IMG/VR virus record: IMGVR_UViG_2579778919_000006
Coordinates: 1 to 42,066 of that record
Length of the DNA: 42,066 nt
DNA from: a virus
Lineage: Duplodnaviria > Heunggongvirae > Uroviricota > Caudoviricetes
Reading direction: 5' to 3' (one strand)
Part shown: piece after piece, positions 9,180 through 18,936 of the stretch
Position numbering within the stretch: position 1 is the stretch's first letter
How the letters are laid out: every line of letters starts with the position of its first letter
Translations under genes and position numbers: made by a program
Notes under the pieces: generated by a model
Database searches by the model: none
What the model was told of the DNA's origin: nothing
Seen by the model: only the letters and a program-made list of their open reading frames with translations

Positions 9180-9689
9180 TTAAATACCGGGGAGATACAT
9201 CTGTACTTCATCAGCTACACGCTCCCGTGCTGTGTGTAGAAGCCGCTTGCGGCCACCAACACCCCACTTGGCCATCTGGCTGGCGCACTGGCTGATCGCT
9301 TTGGTTTCGGTGTTAATCACATGGTCGATTTTATTCAAGCGAGACATGGCATCGAACCCGCGACGCATTAGCATTTGAAATGTCTCATAGACTTTGATTT
9401 CAAAAAGCGGATTGAGCCAGGCTGCATAGCGTATAGCGATAAGTTCAAGCCCCCAGGAGCCCTGAAATGGTCCCCCCTTAATTGTCATAACCGATGCGAT
9501 TTTCTTCGCATCGCTCAAGGCTTGAACAAATCGCCTTACTTGCTTGGTTTTGAGAAACTCACCTGGTCGCTGTGATTCAGTGGCTTTGCCTTCAGCCACC
9601 GCTGCGGCGTGGAGATCATTAAGATTATAACGTCCTTCGTTATCGACACGAACTGATACGCCGTTTACAGATACGGTTGGATATTGCAT
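9180..9689 (-). CDS. KilA-N domain protein
   Basis: N-terminal VNGVSVRVDNEGRYNLNDLHAAA...GSWGLELIAIRYAAWLNPLFEIKV fits the KilA-N DNA-binding domain pattern; C-terminal half unassigned. Confidence 0.6.
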   Translation of the reverse strand: MQYPTVSVNGVSVRVDNEGRYNLNDLHAAAVAEGKATESQRPGEFLKTKQVRRFVQALSDAKKIASVMTIKGGPFQGSWGLELIAIRYAAWLNPLFEIKVYETFQMLMRRGFDAMSRLNKIDHVINTETKAISQCASQMAKWGVGGRKRLLHTARERVADEVQMYLPGI

Positions 9690-9830
9690 ATCGGATTACC
9701 TTTTAGTGATGAACCTTGTCGCACAGGAAAACGGCCCCAAGAAGGCTCCGACAGCCAGCCGGTTCCTCAAGGTGCATCCTGAAAGGTTCTTGGTTTGAAT
9801 TGCGCGTGCGGTGCGCGGTGAAATGCGGGG

Positions 9831-9854
9831 TTTAAAAAAACCCACCTGAGTGGG
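9831..9854 (-). terminator. intrinsic terminator immediately after K
   Basis: stem cccac-ctga-gtggg followed on the minus strand by TTTTTTTAAA, directly after the K stop codon. Confidence 0.55.
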
Positions 9855-10565
9855 CTATAGAAGCGTTTTATATCTGACGATCTTCATCGTCCTTTCCTGC
9901 CAGTAGCCACCATACGGCACGCGCTGGCTCAGATGTCCGTACAGGTGGTGCAGCAGCATATTTCCCTCCAGCAGAATTCCCGCGTGGTTCCACTTATCAG
10001 CCTGGACCTGCATGATCACCATATCGCCGGGTTTCGGTGGCCCGTCGAATTCCCGGAAACCGCACTCATACCAGCAATCCTGATAGAAGTTGTCCGGATA
10101 TTCGTTTTCCCACCAGGGATAATCAACCCGGTAATCGTGGAGTTCGATACCATGCGTTTGCCGAAAATAGCTCATTACCAGCCCCCAGCAGTCGAAGTGT
10201 CCAAGCACAAACGGACGCTCCAGCAGCGGCAGTTCTCCGCGCGGCTGGATGGTGCGTAAATCCCCCTCCGGCCAGCTCACAATATGCCAGGGTAAAAGCG
10301 TTGCGTCGCATTGCGCTTTATCCAGTTCGCTCGGTTGCGTTGTGGCGTCAGGGTGACTGTGAACGATGGCGATCACCGTACCCCAGTCCTCAGCAGCGGC
10401 ATAGTCTTCTGGCGACAGGTGAAAATGTTCTGTCGGCTCGGTAGCGAGGTTACTACATGGAAAATATTTCTCTACCCGGCTCTTTTGCGCCACCACGCCG
10501 CAACACTCACGAGGATATTCAGCTGCAGCATGCGCCATAATCGCATCGATGGTTTTCTGACGCAT
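9855..10565 (-). CDS. K: tail assembly protein K (MPN/JAMM plus NlpC/P60 domains)
   Basis: HSHP motif and C-terminal Cys/His-containing segment; position between L and I. Confidence 0.85.
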   Translation of the reverse strand: MRQKTIDAIMAHAAAEYPRECCGVVAQKSRVEKYFPCSNLATEPTEHFHLSPEDYAAAEDWGTVIAIVHSHPDATTQPSELDKAQCDATLLPWHIVSWPEGDLRTIQPRGELPLLERPFVLGHFDCWGLVMSYFRQTHGIELHDYRVDYPWWENEYPDNFYQDCWYECGFREFDGPPKPGDMVIMQVQADKWNHAGILLEGNMLLHHLYGHLSQRVPYGGYWQERTMKIVRYKTLL

Positions 10566-10566
10566 A

Positions 10567-11322
10567 TCAGCTCCTGATCAACGACGTTCCAACGAATCCG
10601 CCATGCGATAACTCATTACCTTTGCCAAAACGTAGCTCACATGCTGCCAACGTACCGTTGCATTCATCCAGCGACGGATCGCTTACCGGGTTGTTGTTTT
10701 TGTCGAAATAGCGCGTACCAGCATAGTCGCAGCCGTCGCCGGTTCGGTACTTGTTCCGGATGCACCATGTGCACAGAGAATGAAGCTGGCGGGTAGGTAT
10801 CATCAGCCCCTGCAGATCCATAGGGCTGGATAGTGTGAACTCAACAACTTCATTGGTTTCACTGCTCTTTGCATCGATGTAGAAAACCTTCAGCTTCTCC
10901 TGGGTCGGATCGGCTGTCGGATTGCCTCCGGTGAAGTTTCTCGCATCGAGATACTTACCAATGGTGTCATGTATCGTCACCTTCGCCTGCAGCATATCGT
11001 CGTAAGCCAGGCAAAGCGCGGTGATCGAACTGTCGAGGTTAGCAACCGAAAGTTTTGGCTGGGCACTACTTCCCGAGGTTGAAGCCTCGATCCCCTCAAT
11101 CTGACACGGCCAGGCTTTATACTCCTCCCCCTGCCACCAGATGGACTTCGCCGGAAGTTTATTCTCATCCCCGCCTGCAGCCTCAATCTCTTCCGGGGTA
11201 TGCGCGATATTATGTGCGTGGAAGCGGAGTACATCTGACATACCGAACGCTGTGCCATCGACAGAAAAAAGCCGGACTTCATTGCCCGGCTCGAGTTTTT
11301 GATAATCAGCATTAAGACTCAT
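10567..11322 (-). CDS. L: minor tail protein L
   Basis: 251 aa with C-terminal Cys cluster (CTWC...C...C) as in gpL; position after M. Confidence 0.85.
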   Translation of the reverse strand: MSLNADYQKLEPGNEVRLFSVDGTAFGMSDVLRFHAHNIAHTPEEIEAAGGDENKLPAKSIWWQGEEYKAWPCQIEGIEASTSGSSAQPKLSVANLDSSITALCLAYDDMLQAKVTIHDTIGKYLDARNFTGGNPTADPTQEKLKVFYIDAKSSETNEVVEFTLSSPMDLQGLMIPTRQLHSLCTWCIRNKYRTGDGCDYAGTRYFDKNNNPVSDPSLDECNGTLAACELRFGKGNELSHGGFVGTSLIRS

Positions 11323-11666
11323 GGTGCAAATGCCTGTTCAAACGTTGCGGTTACGGTTATCACTTTTACGTTTTTAACCACCTTTTTGAGCGTGTCAGCC
11401 TCGACACGCCACAGCGCGGTATCGCCGAAAGGCGGTGTGAAAATAAACGACTTCACTTTATGCCGCCGAAGGAAAGCGTGAATTTCATTCGCTGTAGTCG
11501 GATCCCCTGAAAAGGAATATTCATAGGTACGAATCTCATCATTCAGGCCGGAGCCGCTCACCTGTGCGTAACCGTCGCCGAACTGGACCTTCCTGACGGT
11601 GTCTTTGCTTCCCTCTGTGGGCTGGCTGGAGACCTTAATACCCCAGGAGAATGTTTCTATCGTCAT
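11319..11666 (-). CDS. M: minor tail protein M
   Basis: 115 aa; gene order between H and L; resembles gpM as I recall it. Confidence 0.8.
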   Translation of the reverse strand: MTIETFSWGIKVSSQPTEGSKDTVRKVQFGDGYAQVSGSGLNDEIRTYEYSFSGDPTTANEIHAFLRRHKVKSFIFTPPFGDTALWRVEADTLKKVVKNVKVITVTATFEQAFAP

Positions 11667-11671
11667 AACTG

Positions 11672-14188
11672 TTACCTGCGATTGTTCGCATTCCAGATAA
11701 GCCCACCGGGCTGGATTGCCCTGGCGATACCATCGTTGACAGATTTGTTAATCACCTGCTGATACGCCTTACCCAGCCTGTCTCCGTCATTTTGCTGCTG
11801 TGCGCCACCGGAGGCATTCTCGACGGTCACAGGCGCGTACACGCTCACCCCGAAAGGTGCTGCAGCGGGACCTGTGCCACTGCCCCCGACAAGCCCTCCT
11901 GTGGCGTACCCTTTCATCATCCGGTAAAGGTTGCCGACGCCGATCCGACTGGTAGCCTCTTTGGTGAAAACAAATTCGCCACGGTGAACGACACCTGCGG
12001 GTTCATATTTCCCACCCGAACCGGTGAATCCCCCGCTGGCAAACCCCAGCGCCGTGGAGGCTGAATCTACCAGTCCGGTCATTGCCTGCTTCAGCAGAAT
12101 TTGTGTCAGCATGGAGAGCGTGGAGCGGGTAAAGTCAGCCCAGTCAGCCTTTCCGCGTGTCAGCATGTCTGCCATATTCTGCCCGATGCCATCAAACGTA
12201 CTGGTGGCAACCGACTTCATCTGGCCATAAGCATCTGAAGCGGAATCAACATAATCTGCCCATGCGGATTTGGCCCCGGATTGCCAGTCGTCCCGCAGCT
12301 TATCCTGCTCGGCGTAATACGCCTGCAGCGCCTGCAGCTCATTCTGATAACCAGCGTCGTTCTCCGAACCGCCACCATTTTTCCAGCCCTGAAGAAGCTG
12401 GGCCTCCTCATTGCGGCGTTGTGCTGCACGACTGCTCATACCAGCACTTTCCGCAAGGGCTCGGGTTTTCTCGCCGATCTGCGTGACGTATTTTTGGGAC
12501 GTATCCTGCAGGCGGTTAAGCCGCTCCTGCGCCACTATCTGATCGCCAAGCTTCGCATTCAGCTCCGCACGGGAAAGCACCTCACTTTTACTGGCCAGCA
12601 GGGATTTTTCCTCAGCAGAAAGCGTTCGGGTCTTCGCGGCCTCTTCCAGAACCGTAAAGCGGGACTGCTGACGCCACAGCTCCTGACGCTGCTGGCTGAT
12701 GGTGTCATTGATGCTCTTATGCTCCTGCAGGGTGCGCAGCTGTGTCTGTAGCTCCAGCGTCTGGGCACTGGCCGTATCGGTGGCACGGGCACCTGCGGGG
12801 GTTCTGATTGCCGGGGTCTTCTTCGGCTTTTTAAGGGTGTCTTCGTACTCTTTTTTCGCGGCAGCCAGGTTGATGTTGTAGTCAGCCTGGAGGATCCGCC
12901 CCTCTTTCAGCGCCTTGTTGAGCTCGCTCTGCCTGGCCGTGTATTTCTCCAGTGCCGTCTGCGTTTTGGCATAGTTTGCCTGTGCCTGCGCAGCATACTT
13001 CTGGCGATCCGATTCCGCAGCCGCTTCGCGCGATGCATTCTCTTCGTTCGCCCTGGCAATTCCCGCCTGCTGCTGCGCCATATCCAGCGCAAGCCTGGCC
13101 GTTTCGCGGTCATTCCAGAATCGGGCGCGAGCCTCATCATTGACATATCGGTCACCTTTACGCAGGTTCCAGATTTCATCAGCTTTTTTGAACGCGGCTT
13201 CGGCTTTTGCCACCATCTCCTGCGCGGTGTCAGGTCGGCCAATATCGAGGGCTGCATCCCACATCGACTTGAAGGCGCGCTTCAGGGAGTCCGCTGAAGA
13301 CTCTATCGTCCCCATATTGTCGCGGATGGCTTTGGTCTGATCGTTGAATCCGGCTGTAGCCGCCTCGTTAGCCGCCTGCAGTGCGCCAGCCTCATCACCG
13401 GCACGCTGCAGCTGCGCCACATGGGCAATCTGTTCTGCGGTAACGTTATGGAACTGCTGGGCCATCGCGATCAGGCCCGATGTCGGGTCAGTTGCGAGCT
13501 TGCCGTAGGCTGCAGCGACTTTCTCCACCGGCACGCCGGAGGCATCAGTAAACCGCGCCACCGCCTGGCTCATTTCATCAAAGCGCGAGCCAGTACGCAC
13601 ACCTGCATTGATAAGCTCGGTCAGGGCTTCACTGGTCTGGTTGAACGTTAGCCCCGCTGCCTGTCCGTTCCGCGCCAGTGCCAGCATGCGGTCAGCTGTC
13701 AGTCCGGCTGTGTTCCCCGACAGTACCAGCGTTTTGTTGAAATCAGACAGAGTGGAAGAGCCCTGGTACCAGGCATAGAACAACGCGCCCGTTGCAACGG
13801 ACAATGCACCAATGCCGACCATCAACGGGGAAATCGTCCCCAGCAACGCCCGGAATGTCGGAATGATCCCGCCAAAGGAGTCCTTAACCTGACCGCCCTG
13901 CTGAAGCAGAATCAGCCAGGGGTTCTGCCCACCCGCCAGCTGCGTGGCCACGTCAGTAAACTGCGCCGGGAGCATACGCATCGCTGCGTTATACTGACCC
14001 ACTGAAATACCGGCCTTACGCGCGGCGTTCTCCTGGCGGCTGAAGGACTGCTGGATACGTAACGCTTCATCGTTTGCCGTATTGCCGGTCTGTTTTAATT
14101 CTTTTTTGACGTAGCTGAGCTGCTCGTTGAATTTTGTCGAGTTAACGTCAAGGTTAACGACCAGATCACCGACTGCCGTCTGAGCCAT
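11672..14188 (-). CDS. H: tail tape measure protein H
   Basis: 838 aa, long helical Ala/Gln/Glu-rich protein after the G-T pair. Confidence 0.85.
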   Translation of the reverse strand: MAQTAVGDLVVNLDVNSTKFNEQLSYVKKELKQTGNTANDEALRIQQSFSRQENAARKAGISVGQYNAAMRMLPAQFTDVATQLAGGQNPWLILLQQGGQVKDSFGGIIPTFRALLGTISPLMVGIGALSVATGALFYAWYQGSSTLSDFNKTLVLSGNTAGLTADRMLALARNGQAAGLTFNQTSEALTELINAGVRTGSRFDEMSQAVARFTDASGVPVEKVAAAYGKLATDPTSGLIAMAQQFHNVTAEQIAHVAQLQRAGDEAGALQAANEAATAGFNDQTKAIRDNMGTIESSADSLKRAFKSMWDAALDIGRPDTAQEMVAKAEAAFKKADEIWNLRKGDRYVNDEARARFWNDRETARLALDMAQQQAGIARANEENASREAAAESDRQKYAAQAQANYAKTQTALEKYTARQSELNKALKEGRILQADYNINLAAAKKEYEDTLKKPKKTPAIRTPAGARATDTASAQTLELQTQLRTLQEHKSINDTISQQRQELWRQQSRFTVLEEAAKTRTLSAEEKSLLASKSEVLSRAELNAKLGDQIVAQERLNRLQDTSQKYVTQIGEKTRALAESAGMSSRAAQRRNEEAQLLQGWKNGGGSENDAGYQNELQALQAYYAEQDKLRDDWQSGAKSAWADYVDSASDAYGQMKSVATSTFDGIGQNMADMLTRGKADWADFTRSTLSMLTQILLKQAMTGLVDSASTALGFASGGFTGSGGKYEPAGVVHRGEFVFTKEATSRIGVGNLYRMMKGYATGGLVGGSGTGPAAAPFGVSVYAPVTVENASGGAQQQNDGDRLGKAYQQVINKSVNDGIARAIQPGGLIWNANNRR

Positions 14189-14486
14189 AGCGCACGCCTC
14201 CTGAAATACCTGCAGCCTTCGCCATCAGCGTATCGTCATCCGGATCATCGATGTCGATGGCTTCCGGTGCAGAGGAAAGAATGCTGAAACTGTCCGGGGT
14301 TAACTCCGGATCGGCAAAAAACAGGGTTGAGATGGTGTAGAGCAAGCCGGAGAAATGTGCGTCCAGCTGCGCATCATGAAAGTAATTGTCCTGGTAGAAG
14401 ATTTTCCAGTCGCCGTACTCCGTAGAGGACATGCCAGCAAGCATGGCACGCCAGTCCGGGCGACCGAACTCACGCGCCAGTTTCAT
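14166..14486 (-). CDS. T: tail assembly chaperone T segment (made as a G-T frameshift fusion)
   Basis: ORF in the -1 frame relative to G, overlapping the G 3' end; candidate slip heptamer GGAAAAG at 14513-14519. Confidence 0.6.
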   Translation of the reverse strand: MKLAREFGRPDWRAMLAGMSSTEYGDWKIFYQDNYFHDAQLDAHFSGLLYTISTLFFADPELTPDSFSILSSAPEAIDIDDPDDDTLMAKAAGISGGVRYGSDGSR

Positions 14487-14494
14487 GGCAAATT

Positions 14495-14917
14495 TCAGCT
14501 CACTGGCGAGGACTTTTCCGCAGTAACGGGTTCAGCGGGATCATTACGTTCTTCACCGGATGAAGTCGGTTCTTCAATGACAGGCGCAATCATCCCGGAC
14601 AGGAGTTTCACCTTATATTCCGCTTCGGCAACCAGTTCGGTCGGCCATGACTGCATGACCTCATCCTGAATCTTTGCCACTTCCGCCGCCGCATTTTCTC
14701 CCTGGGAGCCTTTCAGTTCGTGGCCGTGCCAGAGTGACATCGCCACGAGGAACGCCCCACTTTTTACGGTGAGGGTGATGGCCGCCTGAAAATCGCCAGC
14801 TTCAACTGCCTCCAGCTGCTTCAGGTATTCGAGGTATTCAATACGCTGAAGCGCCGAAAGCTGGAACAATGTGACGCTGCTGCCGTTGCATTCAAGAAGT
14901 TCGCTCTTTAGAAACAT
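14495..14917 (-). CDS. G: tail assembly chaperone G
   Basis: 140 aa, position between V and H with the overlapping -1 frame T ORF. Confidence 0.7.
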   Translation of the reverse strand: MFLKSELLECNGSSVTLFQLSALQRIEYLEYLKQLEAVEAGDFQAAITLTVKSGAFLVAMSLWHGHELKGSQGENAAAEVAKIQDEVMQSWPTELVAEAEYKVKLLSGMIAPVIEEPTSSGEERNDPAEPVTAEKSSPVS

Positions 14918-14953
14918 AATTACTCCGGGGGAACGGGGCTCGCGCCCCGGTTA

Positions 14954-15691
14954 TCAGGAAACAGTGACTTTGCAGATCGCCACAAAGTTACCGTCATTGC
15001 TCATAACGATGATTTCGACGGTGCCTGCCGCCACGCCGGTGACCGTCAGTGTGTTACCGTTAGCCGTAACTGTGGCTTTGGCCCGGTCAGCTGACGATAC
15101 GCGGAAGGATTTATCTGACGCACTGGCCGGAAGAACAGATACAACCAGTTGCACAGTTTCACCGACCGCAACAGCTGCAGTGGATTTATCCAGGCTGATC
15201 CCCGTGACAGCAATCGGCGCGGCACCACTGTCTTCTGCCAGTGATGGTTTGCCGTTGTTGGTGATTTTGGCCGTCCGGGTCATGACCTCTTTGGACGTAA
15301 TGGTTTTACCGAGGCTGCTCACCCAGCCCTTAAACACATCGACAACACCATTTGGGTATTTGATTTTATATCCCCTCACGGTGCCCTCATCGAACCAGAT
15401 CACAAGGTCCTGCTGACCGGAATCTCCCGGCATCCACGCGAGCGTCAGGTTGGTTTCACCGGCTGATTTCTGCCCCTGCATGGTTGATGTCCAGTCAGCA
15501 TTCTCATCATCGATGTAGGTATCATCCTCAGATTCGGCGGTCAGTTCACCGGGCTGCAGGTCTTTAATCTTTGCCAGACGCAGCCAGTCAATATCTGAAA
15601 GCGGGTTGGCATAAGGGTCACCGGTTCCGGTGTAAACCCATAGGGTGGTACCAGCACCTTTTGTTGGTGCCAGCGGGTTTGGTGTGGCCAT
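14954..15691 (-). CDS. V: major tail tube protein V
   Basis: N-terminus [30 protein letters not shown] close to lambda gpV as I recall it; C-terminal Ig-like segment. Confidence 0.9.
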   Translation of the reverse strand: MATPNPLAPTKGAGTTLWVYTGTGDPYANPLSDIDWLRLAKIKDLQPGELTAESEDDTYIDDENADWTSTMQGQKSAGETNLTLAWMPGDSGQQDLVIWFDEGTVRGYKIKYPNGVVDVFKGWVSSLGKTITSKEVMTRTAKITNNGKPSLAEDSGAAPIAVTGISLDKSTAAVAVGETVQLVVSVLPASASDKSFRVSSADRAKATVTANGNTLTVTGVAAGTVEIIVMSNDGNFVAICKVTVS

Positions 15692-15698
15692 AGGGTCC

Positions 15699-16097
15699 TC
15701 ACATGTCGTAAGTAATGGAATATTTCAGGTCGGCAGAACTCCACAGCGCCATATCGTCATCGCGCTGGTAGTCATAGCCCTGCTGAACCATTGTGGTGAT
15801 AAGAGATTCAAGCCCCGGAACCTCTGCGAGAACCGGATACACTCTCGTCTCCATCCAGTCATCCAGATCAGAATCAGGTACCTGAGCCTCAAGAAAGACT
15901 TCGATATGCAGAATGGCCTGCCAGCTATCGGCGTCCAGTTCTTCCCCTGTGTATTCCGCATCTGTCAGGTAGACGGCAACAGCGGGAAAATCACCCTCTT
16001 CGAGCACTGCAGGTCTGCCGTCAAAATAAATGACATCAGTACCAATCGCGCTTTCCAGCGCGTCAATAATCACCTTGCGAATATCGCTGTGTTTCAT
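15699..16097 (-). CDS. U: tail terminator protein U
   Basis: 132 aa, gene order and resemblance to gpU. Confidence 0.85.
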   Translation of the reverse strand: MKHSDIRKVIIDALESAIGTDVIYFDGRPAVLEEGDFPAVAVYLTDAEYTGEELDADSWQAILHIEVFLEAQVPDSDLDDWMETRVYPVLAEVPGLESLITTMVQQGYDYQRDDDMALWSSADLKYSITYDM

Positions 16098-16648
16098 CGT
16101 GTCAGAATTAACCTGAGTTGGTTGGTAAGGGATGCCCGGAGCTCTTTGGGCATATCTGACTCCATGAGCTTCGGCAGTTCTTCTTTAAATGCCGTAGTTA
16201 ATGGAGCTGCCAGCGGGATGCTGACCACTTCAATGGGGTAACGAGGTTTTGAAGTCCGCCTCATGACATGCCAGCGACCATTTTTAAGTTGCTGGATAAA
16301 GCCGCCCGGAAAACGAAATGGCCCTATGCGCAGAACGCTGTTGGCCCCTTTCTTGTCCCGTTTTCTGCGGGAAAGTCGCACGCTTGCGGTACCGAGTTTA
16401 ATGGCCGGTAAATTTCCCCGGTTTACCCGGATAAGTGCACGAGGTCTATTGACCGTCGCACGCTTCACCCTGGCGCGTTGCTTTACCAGTTTTCGCGGTA
16501 CGCGCGTATCTTTTGATACGACTGCCACGCTGCGGCTGACGGCCCGGTTTGCCACGCGGTTAACGGCCTGCGCCGATGCCCGCGGAACAGCCGTTTTGCT
16601 GATGCTGTTAAGGTTTTCTATGGCCTGTTCAAGGCCTTTTATGGACAT
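16094..16648 (-). CDS. Z: tail completion protein Z
   Basis: 184 aa basic protein in the Z position. Confidence 0.75.
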   Translation of the reverse strand: MSIKGLEQAIENLNSISKTAVPRASAQAVNRVANRAVSRSVAVVSKDTRVPRKLVKQRARVKRATVNRPRALIRVNRGNLPAIKLGTASVRLSRRKRDKKGANSVLRIGPFRFPGGFIQQLKNGRWHVMRRTSKPRYPIEVVSIPLAAPLTTAFKEELPKLMESDMPKELRASLTNQLRLILTR

Positions 16649-16657
16649 ATGCGCTCC

Positions 16658-17011
16658 TTAACGGCGACGCGAAGATGCAGGTGGAGAGCCGTTACCCAGA
16701 CAGATATGACAGGAGCCACAGTCATCCGGACCAATACGTTCAACCCAGAATTGCCGACCGTTAATCGTCAGCGTGTCCATACGCTGCAGCTGCCTGACAG
16801 TGGCGGTTTCCACAAACAGGGTCGGGCTGGTTCCTTCAACACGAATCCCGGCACCGGCATATCCGATATTTTCTGGATCATCGAATACACCGACCAGGGT
16901 GGCACCTGACAAAGCGCCTGACATCACCTTTGCCTCTGTGCCCATCACACCACGGATAGCGCTATCAGCTCGCGACATGGCCTCGTCAAAGAGATTATCG
17001 AAATCAGCCAT
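16658..17011 (-). CDS. FII: head-tail connector protein FII
   Basis: 117 aa, MADFDNLFDEAM... in the FII position. Confidence 0.8.
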   Translation of the reverse strand: MADFDNLFDEAMSRADSAIRGVMGTEAKVMSGALSGATLVGVFDDPENIGYAGAGIRVEGTSPTLFVETATVRQLQRMDTLTINGRQFWVERIGPDDCGSCHICLGNGSPPASSRRR

Positions 17012-17021
17012 GTGGCCCCCT

Positions 17022-17456
17022 TCAGACTTCGAAAGCCAGCCCCTTTGCGATCAAGTCGTCGGCATCCTGTTCAGATACGCGGATAATCACACCAGGCTCT
17101 ACGATAGATACCGGCTCGTTACGCGTGGCATGCAGAGCGTCAATATGCAGGGTGGCCAGCGTTTCTACTGATACCAGGTCACCCGTTGTGGCCGATTCCG
17201 TTTTTACTTTTGCCACGTTAGCAACATTGTTGTCGGTGCTGTCGGTGCTGTCGGTGCTGTCGGTGCTGTCGGTGCTGTCGGAAGCATTCTGCACGCCGTT
17301 TTCACCGTCAACTGACCCGGCATTGCCATCCAGTTCCTCTTCAAGCTCAGCAATACGCATCGTCAGTTCCTGAATGGTGCCGCTGGTACTGACCTCGCGG
17401 TTAAGCTGGGTCCCAAGTTCATTCAGGCGGGCGACCAGCTTTTCTTTTTCTGTCAT
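17022..17456 (-). CDS. FI: DNA packaging protein FI-like
   Basis: position between E and FII; start re-set to the ATG for MTEKEKLV; contains a (Ser-Thr-Asp)n linker. Confidence 0.6.
   Translation of the reverse strand: MTEKEKLVARLNELGTQLNREVSTSGTIQELTMRIAELEEELDGNAGSVDGENGVQNASDSTDSTDSTDSTDSTDNNVANVAKVKTESATTGDLVSVETLATLHIDALHATRNEPVSIVEPGVIIRVSEQDADDLIAKGLAFEV
17231..17280. repeat. 9-bp tandem repeat (GTCGGTGCT), five copies plus a partial
   Basis: read directly from the sequence; encodes the STDSTDSTDSTDSTD tract in the FI-like protein. Confidence 0.9.
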
Positions 17457-17501
17457 GGGAAATACTCCAGAAAGGTGGCCCGACAGGGCCACTGGGGGAA
17501 G

Positions 17502-18527
17502 TTATGCCAGTTTGACGGAGACGAATGCGTCAGGGTCTGGCAGCAGCATCAGCGGAGCTGACTGAATCATGGTGAATTCGCGCGCCGGATCCCCCGACTG
17601 CACCCAGTTTTTCGGGTAGCGTGTCGAGGCATTGATACCTTCGCGCTGGGCATCAGCATCAAGAATGCAGCCATAGGTACGCAGGCCACGAGCCTGGGTA
17701 TTCCCCAGCACCATTGTCAGGTCCGGCAGATAATTCTTTTTGACGTCGTTTTCGACGTACTGGCCGGAGTACACCACGATGGCCACATCGCCAAACATCC
17801 CCTTGTATGAAACAGCCATACCCAGGTCTTTCACGGCAGTTTCCAGCTCAGAGTTAGAACCACGACGCGTATCCAGCTTCTTCTCAACAGCCTTGAAGGA
17901 ACGGAACAGCGCCCAGCCTTTCGGATCGAACACAATGATGTTGACCACACCGCTGGCGTTGAGCGCGTAGGCTTCAATGTCATCGGTCGGGTCATACGTT
18001 TCTTTGTCGCGGGTTGACCATGCAGCCGCACCGGCCTGGACAATGTTGTTACCAGCGCTGCGGCCCATATCGACTTCAACAGGCTCGAACGCTTCCCCGG
18101 TCATGGTGTATTTACCGCTGAGCACCGCCGAAACAGCCTGTTTCTCTTCGACCTGAGCAATCGCCAGCTCTTCATCCTTCATGTTCTGAAGGATAATGCG
18201 GCGACGGCGATAGACCGGGTCAGCGAGATTCTGCGGATCCTCATCCGGCAGGCGGCGGAGAGTCATCAGTGGGTTAACTTCGTGTTTCGGCTTCACATAA
18301 CCCGGCGTGAATTCAGACGTGCTGCCGCCACGGGAGCGGATCACTTTGCCGGAGACAATCGGCGAGACGTAAAGCGCCATATTGACCAGGCCAGGAATTT
18401 GCGACAGGTAAACCTTCTCTGTACTGAAGGGATAGGTTTCGCGGAAAAAGATACGCAGGAAAAGCGGATCGAATTTGAATTTCTTCTCATTGACCGCCAG
18501 CAGTTGGGCAGTGGTGTAAACGGACAT
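17502..18527 (-). CDS. E: major capsid protein E
   Basis: 341 aa resembling lambda gpE along its length as I recall it. Confidence 0.9.
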   Translation of the reverse strand: MSVYTTAQLLAVNEKKFKFDPLFLRIFFRETYPFSTEKVYLSQIPGLVNMALYVSPIVSGKVIRSRGGSTSEFTPGYVKPKHEVNPLMTLRRLPDEDPQNLADPVYRRRRIILQNMKDEELAIAQVEEKQAVSAVLSGKYTMTGEAFEPVEVDMGRSAGNNIVQAGAAAWSTRDKETYDPTDDIEAYALNASGVVNIIVFDPKGWALFRSFKAVEKKLDTRRGSNSELETAVKDLGMAVSYKGMFGDVAIVVYSGQYVENDVKKNYLPDLTMVLGNTQARGLRTYGCILDADAQREGINASTRYPKNWVQSGDPAREFTMIQSAPLMLLPDPDAFVSVKLA

Positions 18528-18594
18528 AGATTTTTCCCGTAAAAAAAGCCGCGCAAGCGGCTTTTATGAATGATGATGGTTGTAGAAATGCGGA

Positions 18595-18927
18595 TTAAAC
18601 GATGCTGATTGCAGTACCGGCGAACGCGTTACGTTTAATGTTGTCGTCGGTGACGGCAGATGGCCAGAGGACATCTTCAATACGGAAAGAGCCAGATTTG
18701 TAATATGCCAGTTCCGCGCTGTTCTGGTCTGCGGTTACAGCCAGGATGCCCATTGCCGCGCCAGCATGAGCACCATCCCAGACGGTCAGCTTGCCAGAAG
18801 TGGCATCCAGCATGAGCGGCGTCATGGCTGGAGTGGAAGCCGTCAGTTCGCCAGGACCATACGCAGTGTGCGCCGGGTCGCTGTTACCGAGCGGCTGGTT
18901 ATGTGTGAAAACTTCAGTAATTGCCAT
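18595..18927 (-). CDS. D: head decoration protein D
   Basis: 110 aa, gpD-like sequence and position. Confidence 0.85.
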   Translation of the reverse strand: MAITEVFTHNQPLGNSDPAHTAYGPGELTASTPAMTPLMLDATSGKLTVWDGAHAGAAMGILAVTADQNSAELAYYKSGSFRIEDVLWPSAVTDDNIKRNAFAGTAISIV

Positions 18928-18936
18928 GATAGCCTC

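Noticed and set aside
17231-17280. Possible CRISPR-like array suggested by the short perfect repeats
   Set aside because: Repeats are 9 bp, directly adjacent without spacers, and in-frame inside a coding sequence; this is a coding tandem repeat, not a CRISPR array.
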